A stretch of DNA of 64,000 nt from the NCBI RefSeq assembly GCF_009914755.1, contig NC_060928.1; one strand, given 5' to 3'. The stretch's first letter is position 1. Each line of letters opens with the position of its first letter. The stretch is from the human T2T-CHM13v2.0 reference genome, Homo sapiens. The position numbers and the translations under genes were made by a program. Of the stretch, positions 49,210 to 62,195 are shown in pieces. The notes under the pieces are model-generated. The model worked only from the letters and a program-made list of their open reading frames with translations, did not search any database and was not told the origin of the DNA.

Positions 49210-52200
49210 ATTTTTTGACTCTTTTACTTTCAGTTTTTGTGTGTCCTTAAATCTAAAGTGAGCCTCTTGTAAGCAGCATATTGTTTGATCTTTTTTTTAA
49301 AAAAAATTTATCCAGCCACTCTGTGTCTTTTTATTGGGGAATTTAATCCATTTACATTTAAATAATTACTAATAAGGCAGGACTTACTATGATCATTTTG
49401 TTGTTTTGTGTATATATTATAGTTATTTTGTCTCTTTTTACTCCATTCCTGCCTTCCTTTTGTGTTTCATTGATTTTGTCAGTGACATACTTTGATACGT
49501 TTCTCATTTTCTTTTATGTATCTTCCATGCATATTTTCTTTGTGGTTACCATGGATATTATATAAAACATCTTAATTATATCAATCCATTTTAAAGTGAT
49601 AACAATTTAACTTCAATTACATACAAAGCTGTACTCTTTCACATCCCACCACCACCCACTTTGTGTCATTGATGTCATAAATTACACCTTTTTATTTTTT
49701 GTATTCATTAACATGGTGTCCTAGTCCATTTGGGCTACTATAATAAAATACCATAGATTGAGTGGCTTATAAACAACAAAAACATATTTCTCACAATTTT
49801 GGAGTCTGGGAAGTCTGAGATCAAGGCCTGGCAGATTCTGTGTCTGGTGATGGGCCACTTCCAGGTTCATAGACTGCTGTCTTCTTATTGTGTCTTTAAG
49901 TAGTAGAAGGGAATTTGGACTTGCTCCAAATTACACCACCACCCTTTTTGGCTCTCCAATTTGTGGACAGCAGATTGCCAGCCTGAATAATCATGTGATA
50001 TGATTCCTAAAACCATTCAATCAATCAATCAATCAATCAATCCTGCTAGTTCTGTTTCTCTGGAAAGCCCTAATACATGCAGTTTTATATAGATTTTTAA
50101 AAATGCTTTTATGTTTTGAATTCTATACCAGAATTTAAAGTGATTTATATGCCACCATTACAAAATTACAGGATGCTATATTTGTCTATATATTTACCTT
50201 TACTAGAGAGCTCTATATTTTCATATGCTTTCATGTTGCTGTCTGGTATCACATTCTTTTTTTTCATCTTGAAAAACTCCATTTAGCATTTCTTTTAACG
50301 TAGATATAGTGGTGCCAACCTCTGTTAACTTTTGCTTTTTGGAGAAGGTCTTTGTTTCTCTTTCATTTTTTTTAAGAATAATTTTGCTGGTTATAGTATT
50401 TGTGGTTGACAGTTTTTTTTTTCTCCTCAGTACTTTGAATATATAATCTCCTTCCCTTCTGTCTTGCAATGTTTCTGCTGGGAAATCTGTTGATAATCTT
50501 ATGAAACCTTCCCTGTATGTTTCAAGCTGCTTTTTTCTTGCTGTTTTCAAGATTTTTTCTTTTTCTTTGTCTTTTGACAATTTGATTATAACATACCTCT
50601 GTACTGTCCTCTTTGGAGTCATCATAGTTGGAGTCTTCTGAGCTTTCTGAATTTGGATGTTCACTTCCTTCCTCAGATTTGGGAAGTTTTCAGTGACTAT
50701 TTTTTCAAATAAGCTCTAACCATTTCTCTTTCTTTTCTCCTTCTGTAATTTCCATAATGTGTATGTTGATTCATATTATCATGTTTCATAAGACTCTTAG
50801 GCTTTCCCCTCACTTTTCTTCTTTTCTTTTAAAATGACTTTTAAAATTCACTGATTTTTTTTCTGTTTTCTCTAGTTTATCATTGAACCTCGCTAATGAT
50901 TTTTTTAAAAATTCAGTTATTGTGTTCAAGTCCAGAATTTCTATCTAGTTCTTTCTTATTGTTTCAATTTCTTTCTTCGTATTGTCATTTTGTTCACACA
51001 TCGTTTTTGTGATCCCTTTGGTTGCTTCTCTGTGTTTCTTGTAATTCATTGAGCTTCTTTAAGATGACTATTTTGAATTCTTTTTCAGGTGATTGATACA
51101 TCTCTGTTTCTTTTAGAGTCATGCATCCCAAGCAGTTGGGATGCCATAACTAAATGCCGCAGACTGGGTGGCTAAAACAACAAAAATTTATTCCCTCACA
51201 TTCTGGAGGCTGAGATATTTAATATTAAGGTGCCAGCCAATTTGGTTTCTATTGAGGTCCTCTTCCTGGCTTGCAGATGTCCACCTTCTTGCTGTGTCCT
51301 TACATGGTAGAGAGGGAGAAAGAAAGAAAGACAGACTCTCTGGTGTTTCTTCTTATAAGAACACTAGTCCTGTAGGAATGGGGTCCCATCCTTATGGACT
51401 CATTTAACTTTAATTTCCTTTTTATAGGAAATTACTCAGATATAGGATCTGAGTACCATCAGACTAGGTATTAGGGCTTCAACATACGAAGTTTGGGAAG
51501 GACAAAATTCAGTCTGTATCAGGTCAGTTTTTGGAAATGTACTTTGTTCCTTTGATTGGGCCATGATTACTTGTTTCTTTGTCTGTCTTGTTATTTTAGT
51601 GATTAATTGATAGATTGCTGGAATTTTTTTTTTCGTTTGAGAAGGAAGCCATCTCTGCAAATCTTTAAGGACTGGCTTTGTACAGGGAAAGACCTTCACT
51701 GATCAGTCTGACTAGAGGTTCTGGGGGCCTTTCTTTCAAACCTTTTCTGGGTATATGTCTTCTTTGAGCTTGCATGTATCTTTTCTTTCTTTTAAGGTGT
51801 TGAAAAGTCTCTTTATATATGAAACAGCCTTGGTTTGGTACTATATCGTTTATGAGACTGAAAATGAAATTACGGGACATAAAATATAAAAAAACCTAAT
51901 CCATATCATGTAAGAAGGAAGCTTGGCAATTTAAAGGACTTCTCATGTGCTACACTTGAGGCCACAAATATGGCATGTGGAGAGGAAATTAGTTCAAATT
52001 ATGCTCAGATTGCCTTGTTCAAGGGTAACACTTCTTCCATGAGCTCAATTGTGAAGCCTGGCATCCAAGACAGGTATTGATTTCTGTGCCTTCCCCTGCT
52101 CCTCCTCCTTCTCCTTATTCTTTTCAATAGCAGGTAAGCTTACTGTAAAATCATCGGCTCTTTTATTATGTAAAACTTGTGAATGCTTTCTGATCTTAAA

Positions 52201-52730
52201 CATGAGCAGTAAATTATTAAGAGATATTATGTTCTCTGAAGACACAGAGGAGAAAATTTTGAGAGGTTTTCAGGAGTTTGTAATTTCTTGCTTCCTCTGG
52301 TGTCTGTCTTCAGTACCGCAGGTTCTCCGGCACAGCAAAGAACTGCCTGGCTCTCTTGCTCTCAGCGGTGTCAAGGCATTCAAGCTATGCTGGTTCCTGC
52401 TAGTGCTTCAAGTTAAGCAAGACAGAAAACAGTCCCTCAGGTAGCCCCTGGGAAAGCTAAAACATTGGATGTATGTTCTACTCTTCTCTTTTCCTCTTTA
52501 GAAACAAGCCATAAGTTGGGCACTTTCTCCTGATTGAGCTGAGCTGTGCTAGCTTGGGGGAAGGGCTATTATGTGGATGTTTTTGGCTTTGCACTCTTGC
52601 CTGTCGTGCTGTAATTTCTTGTTTCTGAAGTTCTCTAAAGATTTTTAGACTGTATATTGTTAACTATGTCTGTTTTGGGGACTGAGATTTGTGGCTTCCT
52701 ATTTTGCCATCTTACTGACATGAGTCCTGA
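49210..52730 (-). mobile_element. Old L1M 5' half, interrupted by LTR pieces (49717-50077; ~51120-51515)
   Basis: ORF 50221-50664 is ORF1-like (IQIQKAQKTP...IRLSTDFPAETLQDRRE). Confidence 0.8.
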
Positions 52731-52734
52731 TATG

Positions 52735-53615
52735 CACTTCTTTTAAGGATCCTTTTACAAAGCCCTACCCTACAACTTTTGCTTATATCTCATTTCCCAG
52801 GATACTGCCACATGATACCTATCTGCAAGGGAGGCTGCATAAAGTAATTTTTCAAAATCTGGGTTTGATAGTAATAGAAAAGTTAAGAATTTACATCTGG
52901 TAGTCTAGACTTCCTTTGCTACTCAATATACATCCATATTCATTCTTCCTGCCATATGTGGAATACTCTCTCTCTTTAAGAGAGACAACTCCAAGGTCTC
53001 ATATATTCACTTCATCAGCTAATTTAGTCTCATTTAGTCACTTCATAAGCCATGGTATACTGCCGTGATTCTCAAGTCATGAGTACCAAATCCCTGAGGT
53101 ATATATACCAAGCATTATCAGTCTACTAAGTTATATTAATCAACTAATAATCAATTATGCTATAATTAGCCCAAAAAGTCATACATACATGCACAAAAAA
53201 TTAAATATAGGATGATACAGTTGTGATAACTGAAACTTAAAAAATTTTAAATGTAGTGGTGCAAGATTCTGATTAATGTAATGTCCTCTTCATTGGATCC
53301 TAATATGGCTTCTGTGGTTCAGTAGCTTATAAACCAAAAGACAAGCTATCTGTCCCAAGCACCACATTCCCCCCATCCCCATTATATGAATGGAGAAAAA
53401 AACCAAGATAATCACAGTAAAACCACTTATTAAAGGGGAAAATTAGAAATAGCATAGTGGACATTGCCCATAATGATGCTTGAACAGTGTTGGACAGGAA
53501 CATCAAGGACTTACTGCCTTAGCTAAAGGTGAAAATTCTTGATTAGGTTATCTGGTAGACCATGATTCTGTTATCTGGGAGAAACTCTCTAGTCTACTGT
53601 CCTCTCTTATCCTCT
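52735..53615 (-). mobile_element. Old MLT1 LTR plus internal remnant, interrupted at ~53030-53261
   Basis: ctgcaagggaggctg LTR motif; internal motifs aaaagacaagctatctg and gagacaactccaaggtctca. Confidence 0.55.
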
Positions 53616-54065
53616 GGTAGGTTTAAATCTTGTTTTTATTGAATTACATCATTACAAACGACATGCAGTGAACATCATGTATCCTAATTAAAAATTAACA
53701 GATATTTCCCAATTGTCCCCTAATTTAGTTTATACCCAGTGATAGAATATTTTTGGAGTACCCCTTTTTAATACAAAGAACTTCATGGTTGCATATATTA
53801 TGTAATTGTAGTTACAGTCCTTGTTGCTTAATATAATACATAATGACACCACTGCATTTAAAAACTTTTCAATTTTAATTATAACAGTATCATCCTATAT
53901 TTATTTTTTTGTGCATGTATGTATAAGATGACTTTGTTGACTAATTATGACTTAATTGACTAATTGTTACTAATATGACTTAGTAGGCTGATAATGCTTG
54001 GTATATATACCTCAGGGATTTGATACTCATGACTTGGGAATCATGGAACTAGACCATGAGCTTAT
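53045..54065. repeat. Inverted duplication, arms 53045-53261 and 53847-54065
   Basis: About 85% identity by hand count; perfect core caaatccctgaggtatatataccaagcattatcag. Confidence 0.95.
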
Positions 54066-54879
54066 TTAGCTGCAGACTTATGCTTGGCCCTTTGCAGCAT
54101 TTGGCACCAAGGTTTGCACATGGCTGGTCCTCTGGAAATGTTAGTTGGTTTGCATCCCTTTTTTGATCACTATCAATTGCTTCAAACTGGGGTTGCTTTC
54201 CTCTCAAAATCACCATCGGAAAGAAATGTAGATTCTCACAATTTATCCTATCCTTTTGAAATGAGGCTTTTTGTTTTCTAAGAATCATTTTTGTTTTGGT
54301 ATCAACAACTACTGGGAAATAAGAAAATAAGAAAAAGATACCTTCACTTTTTGGCTGCCTTCAGTAATTGGCATTAGGATTGGGAGTAGCATGGGTCTAA
54401 AAAAGCTAGGCCAGGGATTGCTAGTAGAGGAGTAATAGAAGGTGTTGAGGACTGAGTGGACTGTATGACAATTGCCATGTTAGAGTGCAAGCCCATTTTT
54501 GCTACAGCTTTCATTTATTCAACAGCAGCCAGAAATGTAGACTTTATGATGCATCCTATTAAAATGATTAAAAATAAAGCATGACATAGCCTCCCCCCTC
54601 CAAAAAAAAAAAATCAAGTCTCTGGGTTGTATTTGGTCTGTAGCTTCTAGGTTTATAACTTCTGTGCAAGGAAATCTTTATGCTTTGGCTTGTATCTCAT
54701 GCCTTTAAAGTTCTCGTTATTGTAAATAGCACACCAAATGTCAGGAACACTTTATAACAAACAATATCATATCATATGAAGGCTTTTGCCTAGGGTGCAA
54801 GAGGGACTTTATTAGAGAAGCAGCAGAATGGTAGGCAATGCATTGTGAAAAAGCTTGCTAAGGATTAGAATTTAGTGCA

Positions 54880-55310
54880 ACAAAAAGATGACTGTATTTT
54901 GACAATTTTTAGTAAATGTATAGAGTTGTGTAGCTGTCATCATAATCCAATTTTAAAACTTTTCTCATACTCCCCAAATATCCCTCGATCTCACAGGCAA
55001 TTAATCCCAGTTCCACTCTCTTTACTCCCAGGCAACCATTGATCTATTTTCTGTCTCTTTAAATTTGCTTTTTCTGGATATTTCATATATGGAATAATAT
55101 AACATGTCATCTTTGTGTCTGGCTCCTTTCACTTAGCATAATATTTTTGAGATTCAGTAATTTTTAGGAATAAACACTTCTTCGTTTGTTGGGTGCCTTT
55201 GTTGGATTTCCAGTGGGCTAAAATGGTTGTTTGTGACAGTTTTGTCCAGCTTTAAAGCTGTTTTTTGAGGACCGGGTTGTTGAGCTCTTCTGTTTATGCT
55301 GGAAGTGAAT
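54880..55310 (-). mobile_element. Old L1M fragments
   Basis: caggcaaccattgatctattttctgtctct and ctttcacttagcataatattttt are L1M 3' motifs. Confidence 0.7.
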
Positions 55311-57016
55311 CTCCTCTTTGGCAAATCTTTTGATTTTATTGATTGAATTTTTTCCATCTCAAGAAATTTAATCTAAAAGTTTAAATAGAAAATTTCTGAA
55401 AGAAAATTCTGGCTGATTTCTGTCATTTCATGGTCTTTACCCCTTTATCCCTGGTTTTTTGAAAATTTCTGTGCTCTTTATCATCCTCCAATTCTTCTCA
55501 TAGCCTGTGGCTGCATCCCTCAGGTCAGTTGGCTCTCCATGGCATGTTCAAACTGTCCTCAGTCGTAAAAGAACACATGTTCTTGCTTTCTAAGCCATAG
55601 CTTATGGGGATTCTTTGAGGTTTCCTCAATCTGCCTTCCTAGAAGCTTCACGTAGCCATTTCGAATACACTCTTGTATGGCCCTGTTTGTCTCACAGTGG
55701 GGATGCTCTATAAATCTCATCCTTTCCCAGGTTCTACATCGAAGTAATGCACATATGTTTTTCTGCCTTCAGAACCTTAGTTCTATTTAAGGGTTTGCTG
55801 TTACTCTTTACAAGTCTAAAATCATCCTTATGTGGGGTTGGGGTACAAGGCCCTTTCTAAGATAAACACTGTTTTACAAGGGACAAATAACTAAAGATTA
55901 TTTTTTAGATGATTTCTGATTTCTGTATTCCCTCTATCCAAAGACTTTATGTAGTTTGGCATGGGGTGTTTTAACTATCTCTATTTTTTCCAAGTTTTTT
56001 AAAAATTTATTTCATGAATATTATGCCCTGAATCTGTTGGAATTTAGATTTTGATATTTGAAAGTTTCAATTTCGAAACTCAGAAGACTTTTCTCTCAAA
56101 AGTGTTTTCTCTGCCATGAATTTTAGAAAGTTATGTTAAAACCCAAAAGCTATGAATTATTTTCCTTTTCTTATTATCTGTGATTTAATCCCTTTCTTGA
56201 AGTAATAGGCATTCTGCTTGAGGCAGCGGAGAAACATGGGATAAAATGAATAAATGGGACTGAGAAATAAATTATTTGACATAGGTAAACATTATTTTAC
56301 TACATATATATTTTAAGAGTACAAAAAGTTTAGTGTTGAAAAATCTGGGGATTTTCTATTCTGTGGCATAGAACATGAGATAACAATAACAAATTATGAA
56401 GTAGTATATCTCATATTTTCAACCTTCATTTTTATTCTTTCTTGTTTCCTAATTCGAAGGTATCAAAACTAAATAATTCATGGTAGTTAGACAATAAATA
56501 CTGATAAGTAAAAGTGTGTGGAATGCCTACCATTACCAGATAATATTTACAGATTACAAAAATTTTTTGTGTATAATGCTATACATAAAAAAGAGGATTT
56601 CATTCCATCTTTGGGAATAAGAGGACATGGGGTGAGAGAAGGCAGAACAATAGCAGCCAGCAAAAAGTGTTTTGGTGCAGAGAGATTATCTTGTGATTTG
56701 CTCCGCATTCTATCCCAACATACTGCCTGACTCTTAGTCTGCTGGCATGGGTCTACTTTATACACACATCTGAAGCCTCTTGTGCCTGTTATGTCTAAAT
56801 ATACTTTTAAAATCCACATTTCAAAAAGATACCCCTTTTATTTCTCTCTTCATTTATAAACTTCACTTAAAAATTAATAAAGTCCTCTCACTTTTTTTCC
56901 TCACAATCAAACCTATCAATGGGAGAGACTGAAAAACACTGTCAGCACAAAAGCTATAATTCACATGTATAGAAACAGCTAATCTTTTGCAGGTGTATAA
57001 TTCCTCTGTGGAAACA

Positions 57017-59430
57017 CAAGCATACTCCAGAGATATTGTGGGTTCAGTTTCAGGCTACTATAATAAAATGAATATCACAATAAAGCAAGTCACCCAAAGT
57101 TTTTGGTTTCCCAGTGCATGTAAAATTTATGTTTACACTATATTGTGGCCTATTAAGGCCACAATTTGTAAATTACACAAAGTGTAAATTGTATTTACAC
57201 TAAAATACAATGTACTTAATTTAAAAATGCCTTTTTGCTAAAAAATGCCAGCAATCCCCTGAGCCTTCAATGAGTCATAATCTTTTTGCTGGTGGGAGGT
57301 CTTACCTCAATGTTGATGGCTGCTAACTGATCAGAATGGTGGTTGCTGAAGGTTGAGGTGGCTTTGTGTGGGAATTTCTTAAAATAAGACAACGAAGTTT
57401 ATCACATTGTCTGACTCTTCCTTTCAAGAATTATTTCTCTGTAGCATGTAATGTGGTTTGATAGCATTTTACCCAAGGTAGAACTTCTTTCCAAATTGGA
57501 GCAAATCCTCCCAAACCCTGCCATTGCTTTATCAACTAAGTTTATGTAATATTCTAACTCCTTTGTTGTCATTTTAACAATGTTTACAGAATCTTCACCA
57601 GGAGTAGATTCCATCTCAAGAAACCACTTTGTTCGTTTTGTTGAAGCAACTCCTCGTCTGTTCAAGTTTCATCATGAGACTGCAGCAATTCAGTCACATC
57701 TTCAGGCTTCATTTTAAAATTCGAATTCTCTTGTTTTTTCCCAACACATCTGCAGTTACTTCCTCCACTGAAGTCTTGAACTCCTCAAAGTCATCCATGG
57801 TGGTTGGAATCAACCTTCAAACTCTTTTTAATGTTGATATTTTGATCACCTCCCCTGAATAATGACTGTTCTTAATGCTATCCAGAATGGTGAACACTTT
57901 CCAGAAGGTTTTCAACTTACTTTTCCTAGATCCACCAGAGGAATCACTATCTATGGCAGCTATAACCTTCCAAAATGTATTTCTTGAATAATAAGACTTG
58001 AAAGTCAAAGTTACTCTGAGTAATTATTCTGAGATGCAGAATAGATGTTGTTAGCAGGTAGGAAACACTGATCTCTTTGTATACCTTCATCAGAGCTCTT
58101 GGGTGACCAAATACATTGCCAATGAGCAGTAATATTTTGAAAATAATCTTTTTTCTAGACAGTGGCTTAAACAGTGGGCTTAAAATATTCAGTCAACCAT
58201 GCTGTAAACAGATGTGTTATCATCTAGGCTTTGTTCCATTTCTCGAGCACAGGCAGAGTAGATTTTGCATAATTTTTTAAAGGCCTTAGGATTTTCAGAC
58301 TGGTAAATGAGTGTTGGCTTCAACTTAAAGTTATCATCTGCATTAGCTACTAATAAGATAGTCTGTCCTTTGAAGCTTTGAAGCCAGGCATTGACTTCTC
58401 ATCTGTAGCTATGTAAGTCCTAGATGGCATCTTCTTCTAACAGAAGGCTGTTTCATCTACATTGAAAATCTCTTGTTTAGTGTAGCCACCTTCATCAATG
58501 ATCTTAGATAGATCTTCTGGATACCTTGCTGAAGCTTATCCATCAACATTTGCTGTTTTATCTTGCACTTTTATTTTTGGAAATGGTTTCGTTCATTAAA
58601 CCTCATGTACCCACCTCTGTTAGCTTCCAACTTTTGTTCTGCAGTTTCCTTACTTCTCTCAGCCTTTGCAGAATTAAAGAAAGTTAGGGCCTTGCTCTGG
58701 ATTAGGCTTTGGCTGAAGGGAATGTTATGGTTGGTTGGGTCATCTATCCAGACCACTCAAACTTCCTCCATATCAGCAACAAGTTTGTTTTGCTTTCTTA
58801 TCATCTGCATTTTCACTGGAGTAGCACTTTTAATTTCCTTCATCTTCCTTTGTATTCAAAACTTGGCTGTTTGCTGCAAGAGGCCTGGATTTTTGGCTTA
58901 TCTTGACTTTCAACATACCTTCCCCTCTAAGCTTAATAATTTCTAGCTTTTGATTAAAAGTGAGATATGTATGACTCTTTCACTTGAACACTTAGAGGCC
59001 ATTGTAGCACTTTTAATTGGCCTAATTTCAATATTGTTGTGTCTCAGGGAATATGGGGACTCACAGAGAAGGGGAGGTGTGAGAGAATGGCCAGTGAGTG
59101 GAGCAGTCCAAACGCATACAATATTTATCAGTTAAGTTCACCATCTTATATGGGCATGGTTTGTGGTCCCCCAGAACAATTATAATAGTAACATCAAAGA
59201 TCACTAATCACAGATCATCATAACACATATAACAATAATGAAAACGTTTGGAACATTTTAAGAATTACCAAAATGTGACACAGATACACAGAGTGAACAT
59301 ATGCAGTTGGAGAAATTGTGCCAATAGACTTGTTCAACTCAGGGTTCCCACAAACCTTTAATTTCTTTAAAAAACCCCCACAGTCTGTAAAGCATAATAA
59401 ATCAAAGTACAATAATATAAGCTATGCCAA
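57017..59430 (-). mobile_element. Full-length Tigger1 DNA transposon, transposase disrupted
   Basis: ~2.41 kb with degenerate TIRs caagcatac / ctatgccaa and a TA flank on the right; CENP-B-type HTH fragment [23 protein letters not shown] (58571-58756) and further fragments 57402-58008. Confidence 0.95.
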
Positions 59431-60469
59431 TAAATAGAATCTTCTATCAAGATTATCCACATTGTAGCACAAAAATGCAAAAAATGCAACTCCTAATAAT
59501 CTGAAGGAATGACTGGCTTTAGAAAATATTTACATTTAATATTGCAAAGAGAATTAGACCTATAGAAGATAACCTGTACTGTCTATATCATTTACTATAT
59601 TGTTGTACCTTCTCAGCAAGAGGTGGTACTTTAGATTCATTGAATGCATTCATTGTTTGGAATTTCCTGAGTACTAATGTAAAAATACATCTGACATATA
59701 TATTATAAAATACAATGAATACTATTATTTTCTAATTCACATAAATGGTAGAGCCTAGTTACTTTGTTTATCGTTTTACAAAGACTTCAGCTTATTTAGA
59801 AATTGTCTCTCATAAAAAACTTGCAACTAAGTTTATTATCTTTCAGTGCAAAATATTCTCAAATAATTAAATAATTTATATTTTAATGCCCTGTAAAATA
59901 TAATAGTGACTGCAAGGAAACAGTCTTGGCATAATAAAAATATGTAGAATTTTGGGGGTATGGTCTTATTACTCCTTTCAGAATCAATTATATAACAATT
60001 TGGATAACTTAGATATTTTCAAACTTGATTTCAGAAACTGCTAGTTAATTGAAATAAAGTCATCTTTCCCATCAGTTTACCTTAACAGTTTTCATTCTAT
60101 ACCCAGGCTGTGTCAGAGATACTTGTAATACTTATGTATACACAGAGTAGGTATCTATAAATATTTATTGAAGTGATGAATCAATACCTGTGCTGGCCAA
60201 ATATTTGTAGGGTAAAAATGATAAGTGAACACTAATGTTGTACTTCCATTGCGTGAGATCTCCCCACACATCCTGTGGCCCAATGTTTGCTTTAAAAGGG
60301 AAGTTAAGGAATAATATTTATAATAAAAGTCTCCAGATTAGAGTCCTATTAGTGCAACATTTAGAAGCTTAGCCCCACATGTGTTTTACTTCTTGGTGGG
60401 AGGCTCTGATCTACAGGGTGGTCCAGGGATGCAAGTACCCCTATTTTGTTGCTTCATCAGCCCTGAAAG

Positions 60470-60557
60470 CAGTACTTCTCAAACTTCAAAGTGTATACAA
60501 ATCCCCTGGAAATCTTGTTAAAATGCAAATTCTGTTATTTCTTAACAAACTCTAGGC
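60470..60557. mobile_element. MER5-like fragment (similar remnants ~62203-62300 and ~63712-63850)
   Basis: cagtacttctcaaactt...cttgttaaaatgcaaattctg. Confidence 0.65.
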
Positions 60558-61517
60558 CTAATTTTATCTCTTTGCTTTGTCAGATACTTTATGTTTTGCC
60601 TTAATGCAGGATGAAAGCCTGCTGAAGTTTAATTCAATTTATTTACTGAAAATATGAATAACCAATAAAGTACAAATAGCTACATTTATTCCTCCCAATG
60701 CATAGTTCAATCCTTGGGTTAATTATAAAGCATAAAATTGCCTTATTTGAATGCTGTGGGAATACTTGAATGCCATTATTGATTAGTGAATCTCGCTTGT
60801 GTGCTGTCCTTCTTCAAGGCTTGCTAGATAGACTTGTGTACTATTGCAAATCCCCCTGTGTGATTTATTTATTAAACTGAATTGTTTTCTTCCATAGCTC
60901 AAGGGATGGTATTTTGTGGGTATCTTTGAGTCCATAATAACCCCTTTTTCATAGTCTGAGCTGACTTCTAAATTCATTGTTATTCCATATCCTCTGACTT
61001 AAACTGTTAGCGTATGCTAAATGTTATATCTTCTCAGAGCAGAAAGGGAAATTAAACATGAACCACAGGGCACTCGAACAAAACACATGCTACTGTTATA
61101 AATTGAGTGAATAAATACATACTGAAACATCTCCCAGTGTAGTCTATTAAGAGTCTTTGGTTTATTTAACTCCATATATTTTTGTTATGCCAAATCAGAT
61201 TTTTTTAAAAAGGTAGAACTTCCACCATCAAAGGCATTTTTAACCAGATAAATATGTTATAGTGGAAGAGTGACCACTGCACAGAGGTTTTAAGAGCTGG
61301 CCATCTAGATGACAGGGTGACAATTGCCTTTAAGCAAATGATTGATTGTAATGCAATAGACTCATTTGTAAAGGTAAAAACTTGCAATTGGCCTCTATTA
61401 TAGGAACTCAATTATTGAATTTACAGAGATATCTTTTAGGCCTCTTTTACATTTCCTTATCTATAAAATGGGCTCCATGTGAGTTCACTACCTGAATGTC
61501 CAACTAGAATTAAAATG

Positions 61518-61830
61518 GGCCCGGGGTGGTGGCTCATGCCTGTAATCCTGATACTTTGGGAGGCTGAGGAAGGTGGATTGCTTGAGCTCAGAGTTCAAAA
61601 CCAGCCTGGGCAACATGGTGAAACCCTATCTCTGCCAAAAATACAAAAATTAGCCGGGCATGGTAGTGTGTGCTTATGGTCCCAGCTGCTCGGGAGGCTG
61701 AGATAGGAGGGACGCTGGAACCAGGGAAGTCAAGGCTGCACTGAGTCATGATGACGCCACTGCACTCCAGCCTGGGTGACAGAGTGAGACCCTGGCTCAA
61801 AAAATAAATAAATAAGAATAAAAATAAAAA
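61518..61830 (+). mobile_element. AluJ-like element
   Basis: ggattgcttgagctc, gtcaaggctgca; (aaata)n tail. Confidence 0.94.
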
Positions 61831-61927
61831 TAGATTAAATACATACATAAAATTAGACCATTATGTGAATATGATGAAATTCATGGAACTTCTTCAAGAA
61901 AAATGCACACATATAAATATGCTCAAG

Positions 61928-62195
61928 TTTTTTTTTTGCTGTATTTTATTTCAGATTCAGGGGGTACATGTGCAGGTTTGATACATGGATATATTGTATA
62001 ATGGTGAGATTTTGGCTTCTAGTGTACCCAACACCCAGATAGTGAAGATTGTTCCCAATAGGTAAGTTTTCAATCTTCATTCCTCACCAGCTTCTCCCCT
62101 TTTTGAGATCTTTGTGTCTACTATTTTGATCTTTATGTCCATGTGTACCCATAGTTCAGCTCCCACTTATGAGTGAGAACATGTGGTATTTGATT
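61928..62195 (-). mobile_element. L1 3'UTR fragment (L1PB/MA-like)
   Basis: gggggtacatgtgcaggtttg...ctcccacttatgagtgagaacatg. Confidence 0.85.

Noticed and set aside
57402-58946. Domesticated Tigger transposase (TIGD1-like)
   Set aside because: Frame is broken into several short pieces; consistent with a neutral fossil.
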